Assembly (NCBI RefSeq): GCF_002105155.1
Contig: NW_019028988.1
Location: 806,001 to 870,000, forward strand
DNA: 64,000 bases
Direction: 5' to 3'
Origin: Lobosporangium transversale
Lineage: Eukaryota
Positions 42,557 to 57,656 of this stretch are shown one piece after another. The notes beneath the pieces are model-generated. The model was given only the letters and a program-made list of their open reading frames with translations, had not been told where the DNA came from and searched no databases. Position numbers and translations under genes: made by a program. Within the stretch, counting starts at the first letter, position 1. Every line of letters starts with the position of its first letter.

Positions 42557-45500
42557 ATGCTCAGGCAAAAGCAGTTTGTAAAAAAGACAAAATCTGGCAA
42601 GGTGCTCAAGGTGATCAAGGAGCACTACTTACGTGATGATATATGGTGCTCCGCTGAGGCATGCAGGGAGTGTGAACACACAGAACCTATCCTCAGTGCA
42701 ACCCCTAATATCAACAAGCTTGTACCCTCGCCTCACTATCTCATACCCGATACCAACATCTTTATGAACCAGGTAATAATAATAATAATAACTTGTGTGT
42801 GAGCAGTTAATAGCACATATGACTACTAAGAATGAAATGAAGGGCTAAATGATCTTTCTTTCTTTCTTCTTCAAAGATCGATGTCATGGAAAAACCTCAG
42901 ATCACAAATGTGATTGTATTGCAGACGGTTTTAGAAGAGGTCAAACATCTGTCCTTACCGATCCATAAGCGTATGCGAGATATTATTAGCAACAAAGAAA
43001 AAAGATTTTATGTGTTTTCAAATGAACATCACCGAGAAACTTTTATTGAGAAAGTGAAAGACGAAACTCCTAATGATCGAAATGACCGAGCGATTCGTGT
43101 GGCGACCAAATGGTATGGAAATCATCTTCGAGAGCAAGGTCTGAAGCCTGAAGTGTCTGTTGTGATGTTGACCGACGACGCGGCTAACCGAGCTAAAGCA
43201 AATGCAGATGGACTTGAAGCGTTTTCAGGTATTAAAATATATACACACTCGCTTAACCATTGTTTTGTGCTTGGTTTCAAAAACAAAAAAACAAAAAACA
43301 AAAAGCAAAAAAAAAAAAAAAAAAAAAAAAACGCTGTCTTAATTTATTCATTTATTTGACTTTCTATAGTGAAGCGATATGTGGAAGCATTAGATAATAC
43401 AGAATTACTAGACATGATCTCGGATGCAAAGGAACTAGATGATGGGCAACAGATATTATATATGGAGCATCTTTCACCTGTGCATTTATCGAACGGGATC
43501 AAAAACGGGAAGTACTATCAAGGAAAGCTAGGAATCAGCAGCCACAATTATTTAGAGGTATTACAAAAAAAAAAAAAAAAATTAACGGAAGTCTTTGTGG
43601 AAAGTTTGTAGTAATCTCCTTTTTATTCTGTGATATATCTATTGTAGGGATCTATCTTCACTAAGATTGATGGAGTTGAAAACACAATCCTGATCGTGGG
43701 ACGAGAGAATCTAAATCGTGCGGTGGATGGAGACATTGTTGCTGTAGAGTTGTTACCGAAATCAGAGTGGCGTACGACTCCAACAGGAGTTGTCATCACT
43801 GAGGAAGAGGAAAAGGAGGAAGAGAAGGACTTGAAGAGTGGCCATGGGTCAGAATCAGATATACACCAAGACCAAGACACACCAATGGAGGACGCTACTA
43901 AACCAGCAGTAGTAACACCCGAGGAATCAGCTTTAGATACACCTCAACCGTGCGGAAAGGTTGTTGGCATCATTCGTCGTAATTGGAGACAATATTGTGG
44001 GTTTATTGACCGCAAAACAGTAAATACTCCAGCAGGATCAAGCGCTCCCATCAATGTCTTGTTCTTTGCGATGGAATCTAAGATCCCCAAAATCCGATTC
44101 AGGACTCGTCAGGCACACACTCTTTTGGGTCAACGAATCATTGTCTCAATTGATTCATGGCCAAAAACATCTCGGTATCCGATAGGACATTTTGTCCGCT
44201 CACTGGGTGAAGCAGGAGACAGATCCACAGAGACTGAGGTCTTGCTTTTGGAGCATGATGTGCCTTTCCATGAATTTTCGAAACAGATATTGAGTCTATT
44301 ACCACCGGAGGGAGAGAATTGGGTAGTCAAGCCTGAGGACTTCCAAGGGCGTGAGGACTTTAGGATGTTGAATATCTGTAGTATTGACCCGCCTGGCTGT
44401 ACTGATATCGACGATGCTCTTCATGTATTACCTTTAACTAATGGCAACTATCAAGTGGGAGTACATATTGCAGATGTCACTCATTTTGTCAAGCCAGGTA
44501 ACGTAATGGATCAAGAAGCCGCCAGTCGTGGAACAACTGTTTATTTGGTGGACAAGCGCATTGATATGTTACCCAGTTTGTTGGGAACCAATTTGTGCTC
44601 GTTACGGTCCAATGTCGAACGTCTGGCATTTTCCTGTATCTGGGAACTCAACTCGGAGGCCGATATTGTCAATGTTCGGTTTACAAAGAGTGTGATCGCC
44701 TCTAAAGCTTCTCTTACATATGAGGAGGCTCAGAATCGAATTGATGATGAGCGTATGCAGGACGATGTGACCAAAGGAATTCGAATTCTGAACCAACTAG
44801 CCAAAAAATTGAAACAGAAGCGTCTTGATATGGGAGCATTAACGTTGGCGAGCCCTGAGGTCCGGTTCAATCTGGAGCGCGATACGCAAGATCCCGTGGA
44901 CGTAGAGATGAAGGAGTTGAAGGAAACAAATGCTTTGGTAGAGGAATTCATGTTACTGGCCAACATTTCAGTGGCACAAAAGATTTATGAAAAGTTTCCG
45001 GATTCAGCCATGCTGCGCTGTCACCCTACGCCACCAGCGACCAGTTTCGAGAAACTAGAGAAAGCAGTGGCTCGGATGGGTATTACAATTGACCATTCGA
45101 CTTCAAAAGCACTTTCGGATTCGTTGGATAAGGCTGTGATACCCGAGGAGCCATATTTCAACAAACTGTTGAGGATCATGACGACACGTTGTATGATGCA
45201 AGCGCTGTATTTCTGCTCTGGCACAAAAGCAGTACCTGACTTTAGGCATTATGGTCTTGCAACTGAAATTTACACGCATTTCACATCACCTATCCGCCGT
45301 TATTCCGGTAAGACTTTTTTTTTTCCTCGTCCCACATTTTACTTGATTTTTGTTACTGTTAAAGTTCTCACGCAATTTATGCGTTTTTCTGTCTTATTTT
45401 TACTTTGAAAAAAAAAAAAAAAAAAAAAAAAAAAAGATGTTATGGTCCATCGTCAACTGCATGCTGCGATTGACCCTAACGTCACATATGGCCACGAATT

Positions 45501-45573
45501 GACTGATAAGGAGGATATGAACGAACTTTGCTCAGGTAAATTAATCTTTTGTAAATCAAAAACATTTAAGCTT

Positions 45574-45609
<36 letters not shown>

Positions 45610-46246
45610 TATGGTCTTTTGTAACGACTATATAGTTTTGAACCATCGTCATCGTATGGCTCAGCAAGCGGGCCGTAGCTCTGTAGAACTCTTCACTCAT
45701 TTGTTCTTCAAGAACAAGGTTGAGGAAGAAGAAGGCTACGTAATTCGTATTCTCAAAAACGCATTCATTGTTCTTGTACCTAAGTATGGTATTGAGGGTA
45801 TTGTTTACGCGACCGCCAAGGCCAAGACAACTCCTACTACGGATGGATCATCAGGGTCGGAGCATTCTACATCATCTCCTCCCAAGCCAATCTTGGTTTA
45901 TAATCCTGAAACGGATTCATTACAATCGACAGAGGCTTTGACAGAAGGTCAGATGCCGAAGCATCAGATTCAGTTGTTCCAGAAGGTGATGGTCCAAATC
46001 TCGATCGATGATGATTTGAAAGGAGGAGGAGAAGGAGGGATGCGACAGAAACTAAAGATGGATCTACTAAAACCTTGGATCGATGGCATCAGTGTCCATG
46101 GTGTTTGTAATAAGGATGATCCTGAGGCCCATGCTGTGACGAGCACTCATGCTACAGAAGGAGATGCTACCACTGCTGTGAAGAAGCGTGAAGGAACAGT
46201 GGTCGATAAGCGTAACAATAGCAAGCGAGCCAAAACTATAGTCTAA
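42557..46246 (+). CDS. DIS3: Exosome catalytic subunit Dis3/Rrp44
   Basis: N-terminal KEHYLRDDIWC and PIN-domain PDTN / NDRNDRAIR. RNB catalytic motif SIDPPGCTDIDDALH, plus HIADV and YTHFTSPIRRY. C-terminal S1 region. Confidence 0.97.
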
Positions 46247-48551
46247 TAGAAAAGAGAAAGAAAAGGGAAAGAAAAAGAAAGTGGCCTAATGAGCAAATCT
46301 AGAAAGCACTCCATGTACTTTTATATCAAGGAGCAATAGCAATAGCTGTCAGTAAAAAAATGTTGACTCAACGCGATTTTATTCAAGAGCATGTTGTATA
46401 CTTTATGGATTTGCAAGGCATAATCACAAAATGGATTCTTCAAACGTTGGTCAATAACAGTAATAATAATAATCAGACCAGCTGCAACAGCCTTTATCCT
46501 ATCAGTATTCGATACAGCAAACTGTATTCCTGTTTCTTCCACTCATATCCTCTAGTCTTAAAGACATACCACGAACACAGACATAGGCAAGAATCCGAGG
46601 CCAACGTATATATCACACCTATTGAACAGGATGAAGTAAAGGAATATGACTATTTAGGATAATAACGGGCCAAGAATTAATATAAAAAAAAAGAAGGAAA
46701 AGAAGACAGAAGGGATCCAAACTAAGAAGGCGAGGGAAGCCAGGAAAGCCAGGAAAGTCAGGAAAAAGGCGTGCAGAAAAAGACTAGAGAATGAAAGGAA
46801 AAGCGAAAAAGATCAAGAAAAAGGCGCAAAGAAAAAATGATGATGCTGATGCTTATTAGACATAAAAGAAATTGAAACAATGGTCTTTGTAAGTCAAGAT
46901 GGATGACAAACGTAAGGTTGTGAGGATGGTGATTTCTTTATGGAGCTCATCTGTTTCATTTATACCGTCCATACTAGCAGTTATAGAAGAAGAAAACGGT
47001 GAAAAGGAAAAAAAATAAAAAGATAGAACAAGGGAAAAGTGAAAAGTTAATAAACGAGCATAGTTGTCATCGAGTAACGAGGATGTACCTGATAGTCGAA
47101 ATATCTGAGCTGCTATCTCTGTCATTGTTGTCGTCCACAGTATGTGATGGGCAATAGAGCTTATCAGGAGCAGGAATAAGAGCTGTGTAGGGCAAATCGA
47201 GAAAAGGTCAAAGGTTATGGCAATCAGCAGGCTCAGTTCCGCAAAATAAAATCGATATCCGTGGATCGTCGGAATTCGAGAACGGCAGTAGCGATTGTTT
47301 GGGACGCGCTTGGCGTGCACAACCCCATTTAGTTCATCTGTACAAATAAAAACAACAGAAATACAACGCGACCCTCTTCTGTTCTTCCAACTTCTATTTT
47401 TCTAGCTGCATTTACCAACAACAACTAACTATTTTTTTCATCTGCTTTCATCAACAACAGTAAAAAGTTTCGAATTGAACGAAAACAAAGAGAGAGCGAT
47501 GAGATTTCTAACCCAATCAAATCCAATAAAAAGAAAGAGAAAAAGTCCGCGCAATGGTTTAAAAAAAGAATTTTTTTATGCGCTGCGCCATCTCAACACA
47601 GACACAAACACAGAGATTCCCTCTCCTACGCGTGGCAAACAGAGAGACAGGATGGGACCCAGATTCCCTTTCTCCTTCTTCCATTCCCCCTGCACCCTGT
47701 TTCCCCACTTGGTCCAATCTATGCAGCACAAGTCATCGTAACAACATCGTCATTCTTCTTGAACTAAGGTGAGCAGTCGTCGCTCTTTAGTCGCTACTGA
47801 AGGATTTTTTTTTTTTTTCCCGCCGGAAACTCACACTCCCATCTAACACTTGGGTGTGTAATACAGCTCCTTTCCCTCTCTCTTTCTCTCTTTCACTTGC
47901 TCGCTCTCTTTCACTCCTAATCTTTAAATTCATTCATTCATTCATCACATTCATTTGTTCATTCATTTACTCGCTCGCTTCTACTCAGGTACATTCATTA
48001 CTGCCGTTGACTAATGACTATTATTATTATCACTATCCATTATTATTATCAATACCGTTCGCCTCGTCTTTACCATTTATTGTGATCATATAATATCTTC
48101 ACAATATGCATGCTTCTCACTCCTTTATTCCTTCCCCTTTTGTTTCGTGTCCAAAGATATGTTTGTGAGAGAGTGAAAAGGATTTTCTTCCATCTCTTGA
48201 TTTATCTCCCCCTATTTCTTTTCTCTTCTTTGTCATCCTCTGATTGTGAGCTTTTTCTCTCCCCACCTCTTCTCTTCAATCTCTCACTTGCCTTACTCTC
48301 TTATGCATTATTAAGACCTCAAACATAAACATTTCTCGCTCAGTACTCTTTTTCTCGCTTGACTTGATTTGTTTTCATTGTTCCATCTCTGTTTATCATC
48401 GCCTTGTTGATCATGTTCTCCTCTCACTCTTTCTTTCTCCTACTCTTTTTTTCCTTTCCACTTGTGCATTGAAGTTGACTTTTCCACTGAGTATATTCCT
48501 CCTCCATCCTTTACTTTCATACTTCTACAACTTATTGTTCAACGAAGCAAA

Positions 48552-48587
<36 letters not shown>

Positions 48588-48629
48588 CGTCAAAGCGTCT
48601 GTCCAAGGAGTGAGACAAGTACAAAAAAA

Positions 48630-51600
48630 ATGAAAAAAAGGCGATCAATTTTTGCTACACTTCACACTTCCCACAATATCTGTCATCCTATGCCAATTGT
48701 CAATAGTAACAGCTCCAACACTTACATGGACGCCATTCATTACCATAGCTCTTTCTCCGCAAACAATCTTGATCTCTCCTCTGCTTCTGTCACTCGCTCC
48801 ACTCGTTCAAGGAAGATCCTGAGTTCCGGTAGCCCTCACCGGCTCAAGAAGGACGTCGGCGTTTCTATTCTGCTTCAACAACAACACCTGCCGCTCTGCG
48901 ATCACGGTCCTTCCTCCTCTGGTAACAACTTTTCTCCTGTCTCCACTTCTTTTACACAACAATTACATTCCATTATCCCTCCTGTTCAACAGCATTTCTT
49001 ATCCACTGCACCCGAATTGCTCCTGGCTCACTGCAAGGAGGATCAGTTCATTTCTTCCGCTCCTCCCTCTCTCACTTTCTCTAAGGGAACAAAAGCCGAA
49101 CTCTTGGTCACCTCACGCCAAGAAGGGTTGTTTAATCAAAGACACAGAGCCAATAACTTTCGCAGGAGCTCACGGGAACACTCAAGAGACGACAACCACG
49201 ACGAAGATAGAAGAGATTCTCATTGCTTATTGATCATGAAGGCTAGGAGACACGGCCGCGGCACGCCATCCCCTTCCCTCTCACCTCATTCTTCATCCCC
49301 TTCTGCTATCTCTGTTTCTATTTCAAAGGCTGGTGACAACGCCGTCTCCTCCCTTGACCACGCTTATTGCACATCTCTCTCCTTGAACGCCAAGGCGGTT
49401 GTGAATGCGAATGCAGATGTAGACACAAATGCTGCTTCTGCTCCTTTCCTCCCATTGTCTCCACCTGCAAGTGCAACCACTGCGTGTCCCCCTCCCTCGA
49501 TTCTTTCCAACACCAACTCTATTGCACTAGGCGCAATCATATCCTCACCCCCATACTTGGACTCGGATATATCTTCCATCTCAGCATCACAGGAGTTAAA
49601 GGATCCCTCTGTGGACTTACAGACTAATACTGCCAGCTCTTCATTCCCTCTTACTCTTGTTCCTTCTTCCCTTTGTGTCGGTTCCAGCAACGAAAGACAG
49701 AGTGGTGAGAGTGACCGTGACGAGCTTCGAACAAAACGAAAAAGATCAATGAGCATTGCCAGTACCAGTCAGCCTCTGTCTACCGCTGAGAATGACCAGC
49801 AAAGCAAGGGGGTTGTTGCTCCCTCTTCGCCATCATCGCAGGCGTTATCTGTCTTGCCCGTAACCTTGGACGCATCAGTTTCCGTATCGGCATCTCCTGT
49901 TTCTAATTCCTCTCCCTCTTCGCTGTTGGAGCAAACTTCAAGCCTTTATCCTCCTCCTGATGCAATAGTATCGGAGACAGCCACTGAGACAGCCGATTAT
50001 GCGGTTCCTTCGACCGAAACAGAGTCATTGGACCATAGGACTTCATCCACTCTGTCAACTCTCGAGGCAGAAGTTGGGACAAATGGCAACAATTATCAGG
50101 TGCGCCCGGCCATCTCATATGCAGGTTTAATTATTCAAGTTCTTATTGAGTCCACAAAGATCAAGCTGACCCTCTCTGAAATATACTCTGCGATCATGAA
50201 TAATCATCCCTATTATCGCCACGCTCCAAATGGATGGCAGGTAAGTTTTTTTTTGTGATTGTTTAGTCTGTTTGTTCGTAGTGTGATGCTAACCAATTGT
50301 TTTGATTTCGTCACACCAAATAGAACTCAGTTCGCAACAGTCTTTCGTTGAACAAGGCATTCCTAAAGGTAGATCGAACCCCAGAAGAACCTGGTCATGG
50401 CTGTTTCTGGGCTTTAAGGCCTGACATCCGTGAGTCGAATGAACAAGCGCTACACAGGAAGAGAAGCTCAGCGGATGTCTATCCTTCGGCTACTAAAAGT
50501 GGTGATCGTACAGCCTTCCCTCACTCTAGACCAGACTTAATCATGGAATCATCAGAAGCACATGTAACACATCCTCTGTCTAGCCCCTCTCCTGTCATGG
50601 ATTCTGCACCTTCGCCAGCTGCCTCTGAAGACGCTGACGACACAAGAGGCCCTCGTCGTAGTGGGCGCGCCCGGCGACCTCCTCGTCCCAAAGAAGCGGA
50701 CGAATACGTAACCACTCTTCACACACGTCAATCGTCTTTGCCAAACGCACCCCTTTCTACTCCACCTTCGTCGCCTGCACCACATCCTCATGATCGTGAA
50801 GCAACTTCTAATACTGTACCAATGAGGAAACGATCCGGCTCCGTTAGAACAGAGAGGGGTACTTCCGCTACACCAGATATGAACAACACAGAGTCGTCCA
50901 AGGCTTCTGCTGTATCAACTTCTACTGGCACCGCCCGTAAAGCCTTTATTGAAGTAGATTTATCTTCTATTCCAGGAGTGGTCACTACACAACGTGTCCG
51001 CCGGCCTCCTCAAAACCTCGCAGAATTTGTGTCCTCTGAAGATTTTAAAGCAGCTCCTTGCGGTAAGCGACAGGATCGGACCTTGCAGCCATCTACATCC
51101 TCTTCTTCATTGAGCGGTGGTTCAGTCGACTCCATACCCCCACGCGAAAAAAAGGAGGCGAAGCGAAGCAAATCAGAAGGAAATCTTTTTTTTTGTAACA
51201 GTAGTAGGAGGACTATGGGCATGACCTCAGAAAGGAGCCCATCTCCACAGTCTTCAGTAAAGCTGGAGCCTCAACACCAAGGCAAGCTCGATCATTCAGC
51301 TACCATGCCCGACCTCATGATCTCTTCTCACTCTCACATGTTCCCTGCAAAACCTAATGGAGTGGGCCCTGCCATGATTCCGCTCAGTGCTTTGAGTCAT
51401 TCAAAGCGTGGCAGCCAGGACTTTTCCGGTCTAATGAACTCCAAGAAACACCGTCGAGAGAGTAATAGTAGCAATGGAAGTAGACGTAATAGTCATCATC
51501 GAGCTCTTTGCAGCAATAAGAGGCATAGTCATCAACATCAGCTTTACCGCCAGCTCCCATTCACTAACTTTAATCCTCGCAACGACAGTGATGGCAAACG

Positions 51601-52819
51601 CGAAGCTAGAATGGCTTCGGAGGATGACTGGTCAGACTCGGATTTCGACTTTTTGAAAGATGAAGAAGAGAACTATCGACTGATGCGGATCCGAGTTCGG
51701 AAGATTCAGCGGACACGTGGACGATGGAGTCTGCGCGATGAAATGATGGCGGAGGAAGAGTGTTGTGATAGTATGCAGGAGCATGGGGGAGATATTAGGC
51801 AAGAAGACGAACAATCCCATGCTCGAGCAGAAGGAGAAAAGATCAAGCTATTGATGGACCCATCCGTAATCAACTATGGATTTGACAGCTGTGATAGCGA
51901 GTATATTCTGGATTATCATCAAGGACCACTCTTCAACAATGTAACATGGCCTGAATTTTCGGATGTCAAGGAAGATGGTAGCAGTGGCAGTAGTAATAGC
52001 AACGTCAACAACAGCAGCAATGTTAATAGTAACGGTGGTAATTGTGGCAGCAACGACAGCAATAACACCAGCAACAACAATATTGTCAGTAGTCAGCCAG
52101 CTAATGCTGTAGTGGCGACCAATAGTAATTTAAATGATGATATCAGTCCTTCTACCCTATCTACTACCGTTAGTACCACTAACATTGCAGGAACTACGGC
52201 AACAGCCTGTCAGCGAACAATTGACATGACCTCAGAGGCCATCACGCAGGGTGTGTCGGCGAATGCTTTTCCAATGTCACCTATTGGTCAGGAGTTCGCA
52301 TCTCTGAATATTGCTACCCCAGAAGCGGAAAGAGTTTTCAATTCACAAGCGTCAATTTCGCCTTTGTCGCCATTGTCTAATGAAGCACCACCAGCTATGT
52401 CATGCATTGAAGGAGAAACTCCAAAGCTGCAGCAGCAAGTTGATCAGTGGGCATTATTTGTGGATCACTGTGATGTTCCAAAGACCGAGGACAATATGGG
52501 TATCGGTCGTCGGAGTATGGAGATATCTATGTCTGGACTTAGTGTTAGTGATGAACTCAAAGGGGTGATTTCTCCATTGGAACATTTGTCTGTGGCTCTT
52601 CCAGATACAGAGATCGCTGTTGTATCTGCAGAATCGAATATAAACACTAGTACTACTGTTGCTACTACCGCGACGGCTCCAATTGTTCAAGAGGGTCAAC
52701 AACACCATCATGATCCAATGGAAGAAATGGCAGAGTCTCAGCTCATATCAGTAACAAGTTTGGTTGTAAAGGAGGAAATTGAAGCGGAGAATTTCATTGG
52801 ATGGTCACTTTGTGAATGA
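48630..52819 (+). CDS. Forkhead-domain transcription factor (intron 50241-50323 lies within the domain)
   Basis: RPAISYAGLIIQVL...LTLSEIYSAIMNNHPYYRHAPNGWQ|NSVRNSLSLNKAFLKVDRTPEEPGHGCFWAL, flanked by long Ser/Pro-rich regions. The start codon is uncertain. Confidence 0.88.
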
Positions 52820-53273
52820 ACAAAGGGTGACGGCCGCGATGTAGTTTAATTGTAAGCTGGATATGGCCTTTTGGCGATATAAATGGAGCATGAAAGAGCA
52901 CATTATATTTGTCATACAAAAAAAAAATTACATACTTCCTCATATATATACAAGCACAAAGCATTGCCAACAATTTGTAACCATACACTTTTTTTTTTAA
53001 TTCCTAAAATAGTTTTTTTTTTTTTTTTTTTTTTTTTTTACATTTCTTTTTTTTTTATATATTTATTAAAGCATCATGTTTGCAGACGTTGTTTACATCA
53101 TGGTCTCACAAGCATCCCTGGACAAATGCTGTGGTGATTGATTATTGGCTGGATCTTGTTGCAGATATGACAATGTCTACACGTGATGGATATGAGAAGG
53201 TGTAGGGATGTGGCATTCATCATCCGAGTTTGGACATCTTGACGCTATTTCTATTCATTAGCTTTTTGTCAGG

Positions 53274-55402
53274 ATGTCTGAAATGCATGGGACAGAGAAA
53301 CCATGGGTAAGTCCGACAATAGGATCGCCACAATTAGGAGGAGTTTGTACAAGCACTCTTGCTGGTTCAACCCCAGCCGGTGTCGCGCAAGGACAACCGG
53401 ACTTGGACTATGACTTCAACTCGACTTTGGGAGGTTCTGTCTTGGCAAGTAAACATGAGTCAAGAGATTTAGCTAGTACCAATATCAGAGAGAATACTTT
53501 AGAATCACTTGAAATCCACGATGGCTACAAACAGAGTGATCAACAGCAACAGAAGCATGGATCTGTAAAACAAATTAAGGAAGCAATGGAAGAGAGACCG
53601 AGCCACATTCAGCGTAGCATTGATCGCGAGAATGTTGCTGCTGCTGCTGCTGCTTCTGCTGGTGCTGCTGCTACAAATAATGCAAATACTGGAGGTGGCA
53701 TTCGACCGTGGCTCCTGATCTTGATAATTTCTGTGGTGCAAATGCTTCTCTCATCGATGCTGCCATCCAATGGAGTAGTTAATGCATCATCCGATCAAGT
53801 AGGGGATCCCAGAGGCGGTCGCGGTGGAACAGAAGGAAACGGGAATAGAGGAAATAGCCATCAAAATGGTGCGGAAGGAAAAGGAAGAGATTATAACCGA
53901 CAGTATTTCCGACAATGGCCTCCGATTTCCGATATCAAAACAGCAGCTGGAACAATTGTGACGGAGCGAATGACAGAATCACGTCGACTACAACTTCGCG
54001 AGGAGGCTAAGAAGATGTTCATGCATGGATATCAAGGATATTTGGATTATGCGTTCCCAATGGATGAGTTGAATCCAGTGGCCTGTTCAGGACGAGGACC
54101 AGATCGAGCGAATCCAGATAACATTAACATCAATGATGTATTGGGGGATTTCTCATTGACCTTGATTGATTCATTGGATACATTGGCAGTGATGCGAGAA
54201 TTCGAGTTGTTTCAGGAAGCCATTGAGAAGATCAAGAAATATGTGCGAGATTTCGATAGAGACAGTCGAGTTCAGGTGTTTGAAGTGAATATCCGAGTGT
54301 TAGGAGCGTTATTATCGGGTCATTTGTATGCAACAGATCCGAAATTGTCAGCGCACCAGAGTCAAAGCCAATATCAAAATGTAAAAAGAAAAAAATACCA
54401 GTATCAAGGAGAGTTACTGAGAATGGCAGAGGATCTTGGAAAGAGGTTGATTAAGGCGTTTGAGAATACACCGACGGGATTACCATGGCCTAGAGTGAAT
54501 TTGAAGAGAGGAGTGTTGAGAGAGGAGTCCATTGAGAATTGTGTGGCAGGAGCAGGAAGTTTATTGTTGGAATTTGGAGTGTTGAGTCGACTCACAGGTG
54601 ACAAGAGTTATGAGGTAAAAAGAGCATTGGACTGTATATATTTGTCGTTTAAATCAGTTGTGACATGTATTGATTTTTTTTTTTATATGACCTTGCTTTC
54701 CTTCTCTGTAATAGGAAGCAGCAAAGAAAGCACTTCATGAACTATGGAAACGGAGATCAAAGATTGGATTGATGGGGAACACGATCAACATCAGTACAGG
54801 GCAGTGGATGTCGTCAATGACAGGAATCGGTGCTGGCACAGATTCCTTCCATGAATACTTGATCAAATCATATGTCCTTTTTGGAGATGAGGAGTACTTT
54901 GTGATGTATGAATCCGCACAGGAGGCAATCCGACGGACATTGTTGCATGACTCCAAGTATTTCTACAAGCATGTCAATATGGAGGATGGGACACTGATGG
55001 CCCATTGGGTTGATAGCTTATCGGCTTTTATGCCAGGTGTCCAGGTAAAACTAACCTGGTTAAAATGTGAAAAAAAAAAGGAAAAAAACTAATAGATCAT
55101 CTATCGTTGGTAACTAATATATAAACATTTTTTCTTTTATAGGTACTAGGAGGCGATCTTGAAAGTGCAATCAAAAACCACTTATATTATTATAATATTT
55201 GGCGTAAATACCAAGCTATTCCAGAACGCTTCGATTTTGTACAGCAGACGGTCGCTATCGCCAATTATCCCCTACGCCCTGAGTTTATAGAATCAACCTA
55301 TTTTCTTTATCGAGTAAGCTATCATACTTCTATCATTGTTTTTCTTTTTATTTTCATCTGCTTATCCCTAGGCCCTGGAAACATTGACAAAAACACTGTT
55401 CA

Positions 55403-55436
<34 letters not shown>

Positions 55437-57483
55437 CTTGTTTGTTTGTTTATCAATTAATAGGCAACAAAGGATCCATTCTATCTCGAAGTGGGTGAGA
55501 TGATTCTTCGTGATCTACAGGCATATACCAAGACTAAATGTGGCTGGGCATCGCTTAGAAGTGTCGTTGATAAGAAACACGAGGATCGAATGGAAAGTTT
55601 TGCACTGTCAGAAACAATCAAATATCTTTTCCTACTCTTTGATGAAGAGAATATCCTTCATCATGAGCTTAAAGATTCCAATTTTGTGTTTACAACCGAG
55701 GGACATATCTTATATTTGGATATAAAATATCTCAGCCCGAATTCGAAGGATCGTGTAGTGGAAAGTCAGATGTCTACATCAAAACCAAACTTTATCTCTA
55801 AGGCAGCGCAGTCAGTAGTAGCGGCTATTTATGGAGAGCATGCTCACAGTAGGCTTGTCAAGACAACGCCTACGGCAGCCGCATCAGTAGCAACCGCAGC
55901 ACCTGTCTGTAAAGCTTATTGTGCACCGGAGACATTCCTGAAGAGCATAGTCTATCGACCAGATGCAGATTTTGCTCGACAGATGGTAGGCGCGCGTGAG
56001 GATATTCGAGATATATTAGAAACGGATCCTAAAGGGTATTGCGAAGTTCCGACCCTAGATGTGGAGCGGGTGATTGTAGAGTTTATAGGTCCTCCTAAGA
56101 AAACTATCTTCGACCTTAATGATAATTATGAAGAGAATACTGATGACCATACCAAGGAGCCACCTATCAAGGCTGCATTATCATCAGATGAGCTCAAAGA
56201 CCCGATGGTGATTCCAATCAAGAAGGGTGTGTTTGTCAACAGAGTTGTGGGTGTGAAGATGCACATCCAGTATGATAGCGCGCAGAACGGATACCGAGCT
56301 GTCAAAGGTCAGTGAATAAACGGGTAAAGTTTTAGAAGTCAAGACCGCATACACTTTGAGCATAGCCTTATCGTTTTTACCTTCTAATTTTGTTGTCTAC
56401 TTACCTACCTCTCTCCTTCCATCCCCTCTCCTACATATAGTGGAAGACTATCCTCTAAGCTCAAGTTGTAGCGTGTATGTTGAGCAGTCATCAATGAAGC
56501 CACTTTGGGACTCATATCAACGTGCACAGGCTGCTCACTTACGTCTGTTCAAGGTCCAGCCATCGAGTGTAGATGGAATGGTGATTGTAAAGGACTTGTC
56601 AATTATGCCTGCCCAATTTGGGACTTGGCGGCCTAGACTACTGGATTATAACCAAGCAGCGACATACAATACTTATGAGACAACATTGAAAGACTACCAA
56701 GTGGAAGAGGAGATCTCTTTTCAACCTCGATGGGACCGTGAGCAAGAGGATACATATCAACGACAACAGCAGCAACAGCAGCCTTTATCCGTGCCTCTTC
56801 ATGGTTCCGCCACATCAGCAAGAATGACGAGTAAGAGGCGCTTCCCAACAAAGAGATTCGCCAGGATAGAAGACAATACTAATGGTTGCCAACCTTATAC
56901 GACAGCTCAATCTAATTTGGTTAAGAATAAGATAGTGGCGGTAGATCGAGGTGGTTGTCTTTTTATTTTGAAGGCCTACTATGCACAGGCTGCTGGAGCA
57001 CACAGTATGATTGTGATCAACACAGACGACAACGCGTTTGTAATGACAGGTGCGAATGCAAACAAGTCTTCAAGCTCTTCTTCATCGTCAGCTCCTACTT
57101 CTGAAAGCAATGAATCATCTGAACCACAAAAGAGTCATGACCAAGAGATCAATGATGACTTATTGCTAGGGGATAATATCCATGATGATGAAATTGATAT
57201 CCATGTTGTGATGGTTGGCCATTCTCAAGGCCAACAATTATTGGAATGGATTCAAGAGGAGAGTCTTAATGATCCATCGATGAGTTCTGACACGAATGTA
57301 ATCGATATGGATGCAGCACAGGAGCAAGAGCAGAGACAACCGGCGCTGGTGTCAACGGTCGTAATGGCGGGAATTGTACAGCGCAAAGTCAGCAAAGAAG
57401 AGATGGCGAATGCACGCTTATCTTATGATGGTCTGCCGATTGTCAATATTATTCCCGTTAGTATTCCTAATGGACACCTTTAA
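53274..57483 (+). CDS. GH47 ER-degradation-enhancing alpha-mannosidase-like protein with C-terminal PA domain (EDEM3/Mnl1-like)
   Basis: TM segment [16 protein letters not shown]47 motifs [57 protein letters not shown] and FTTEGH. PA-domain motif [20 protein letters not shown]. Confidence 0.92.
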
Positions 57484-57656
57484 ACATAAAAAAATATTAC
57501 TTTACAAATTTTATTATATACCGTGTTATATTGGCACGAACAACCGTAATTTACTACTGTTGAATATTTACAAGAAACGGAAAAAAAGAGTCGAAGAATG
57601 ACACGAGACATGATCTCTTGCTCTTTTTTTTTTTTTTTTTTTTTCTGGAAAAGAAA

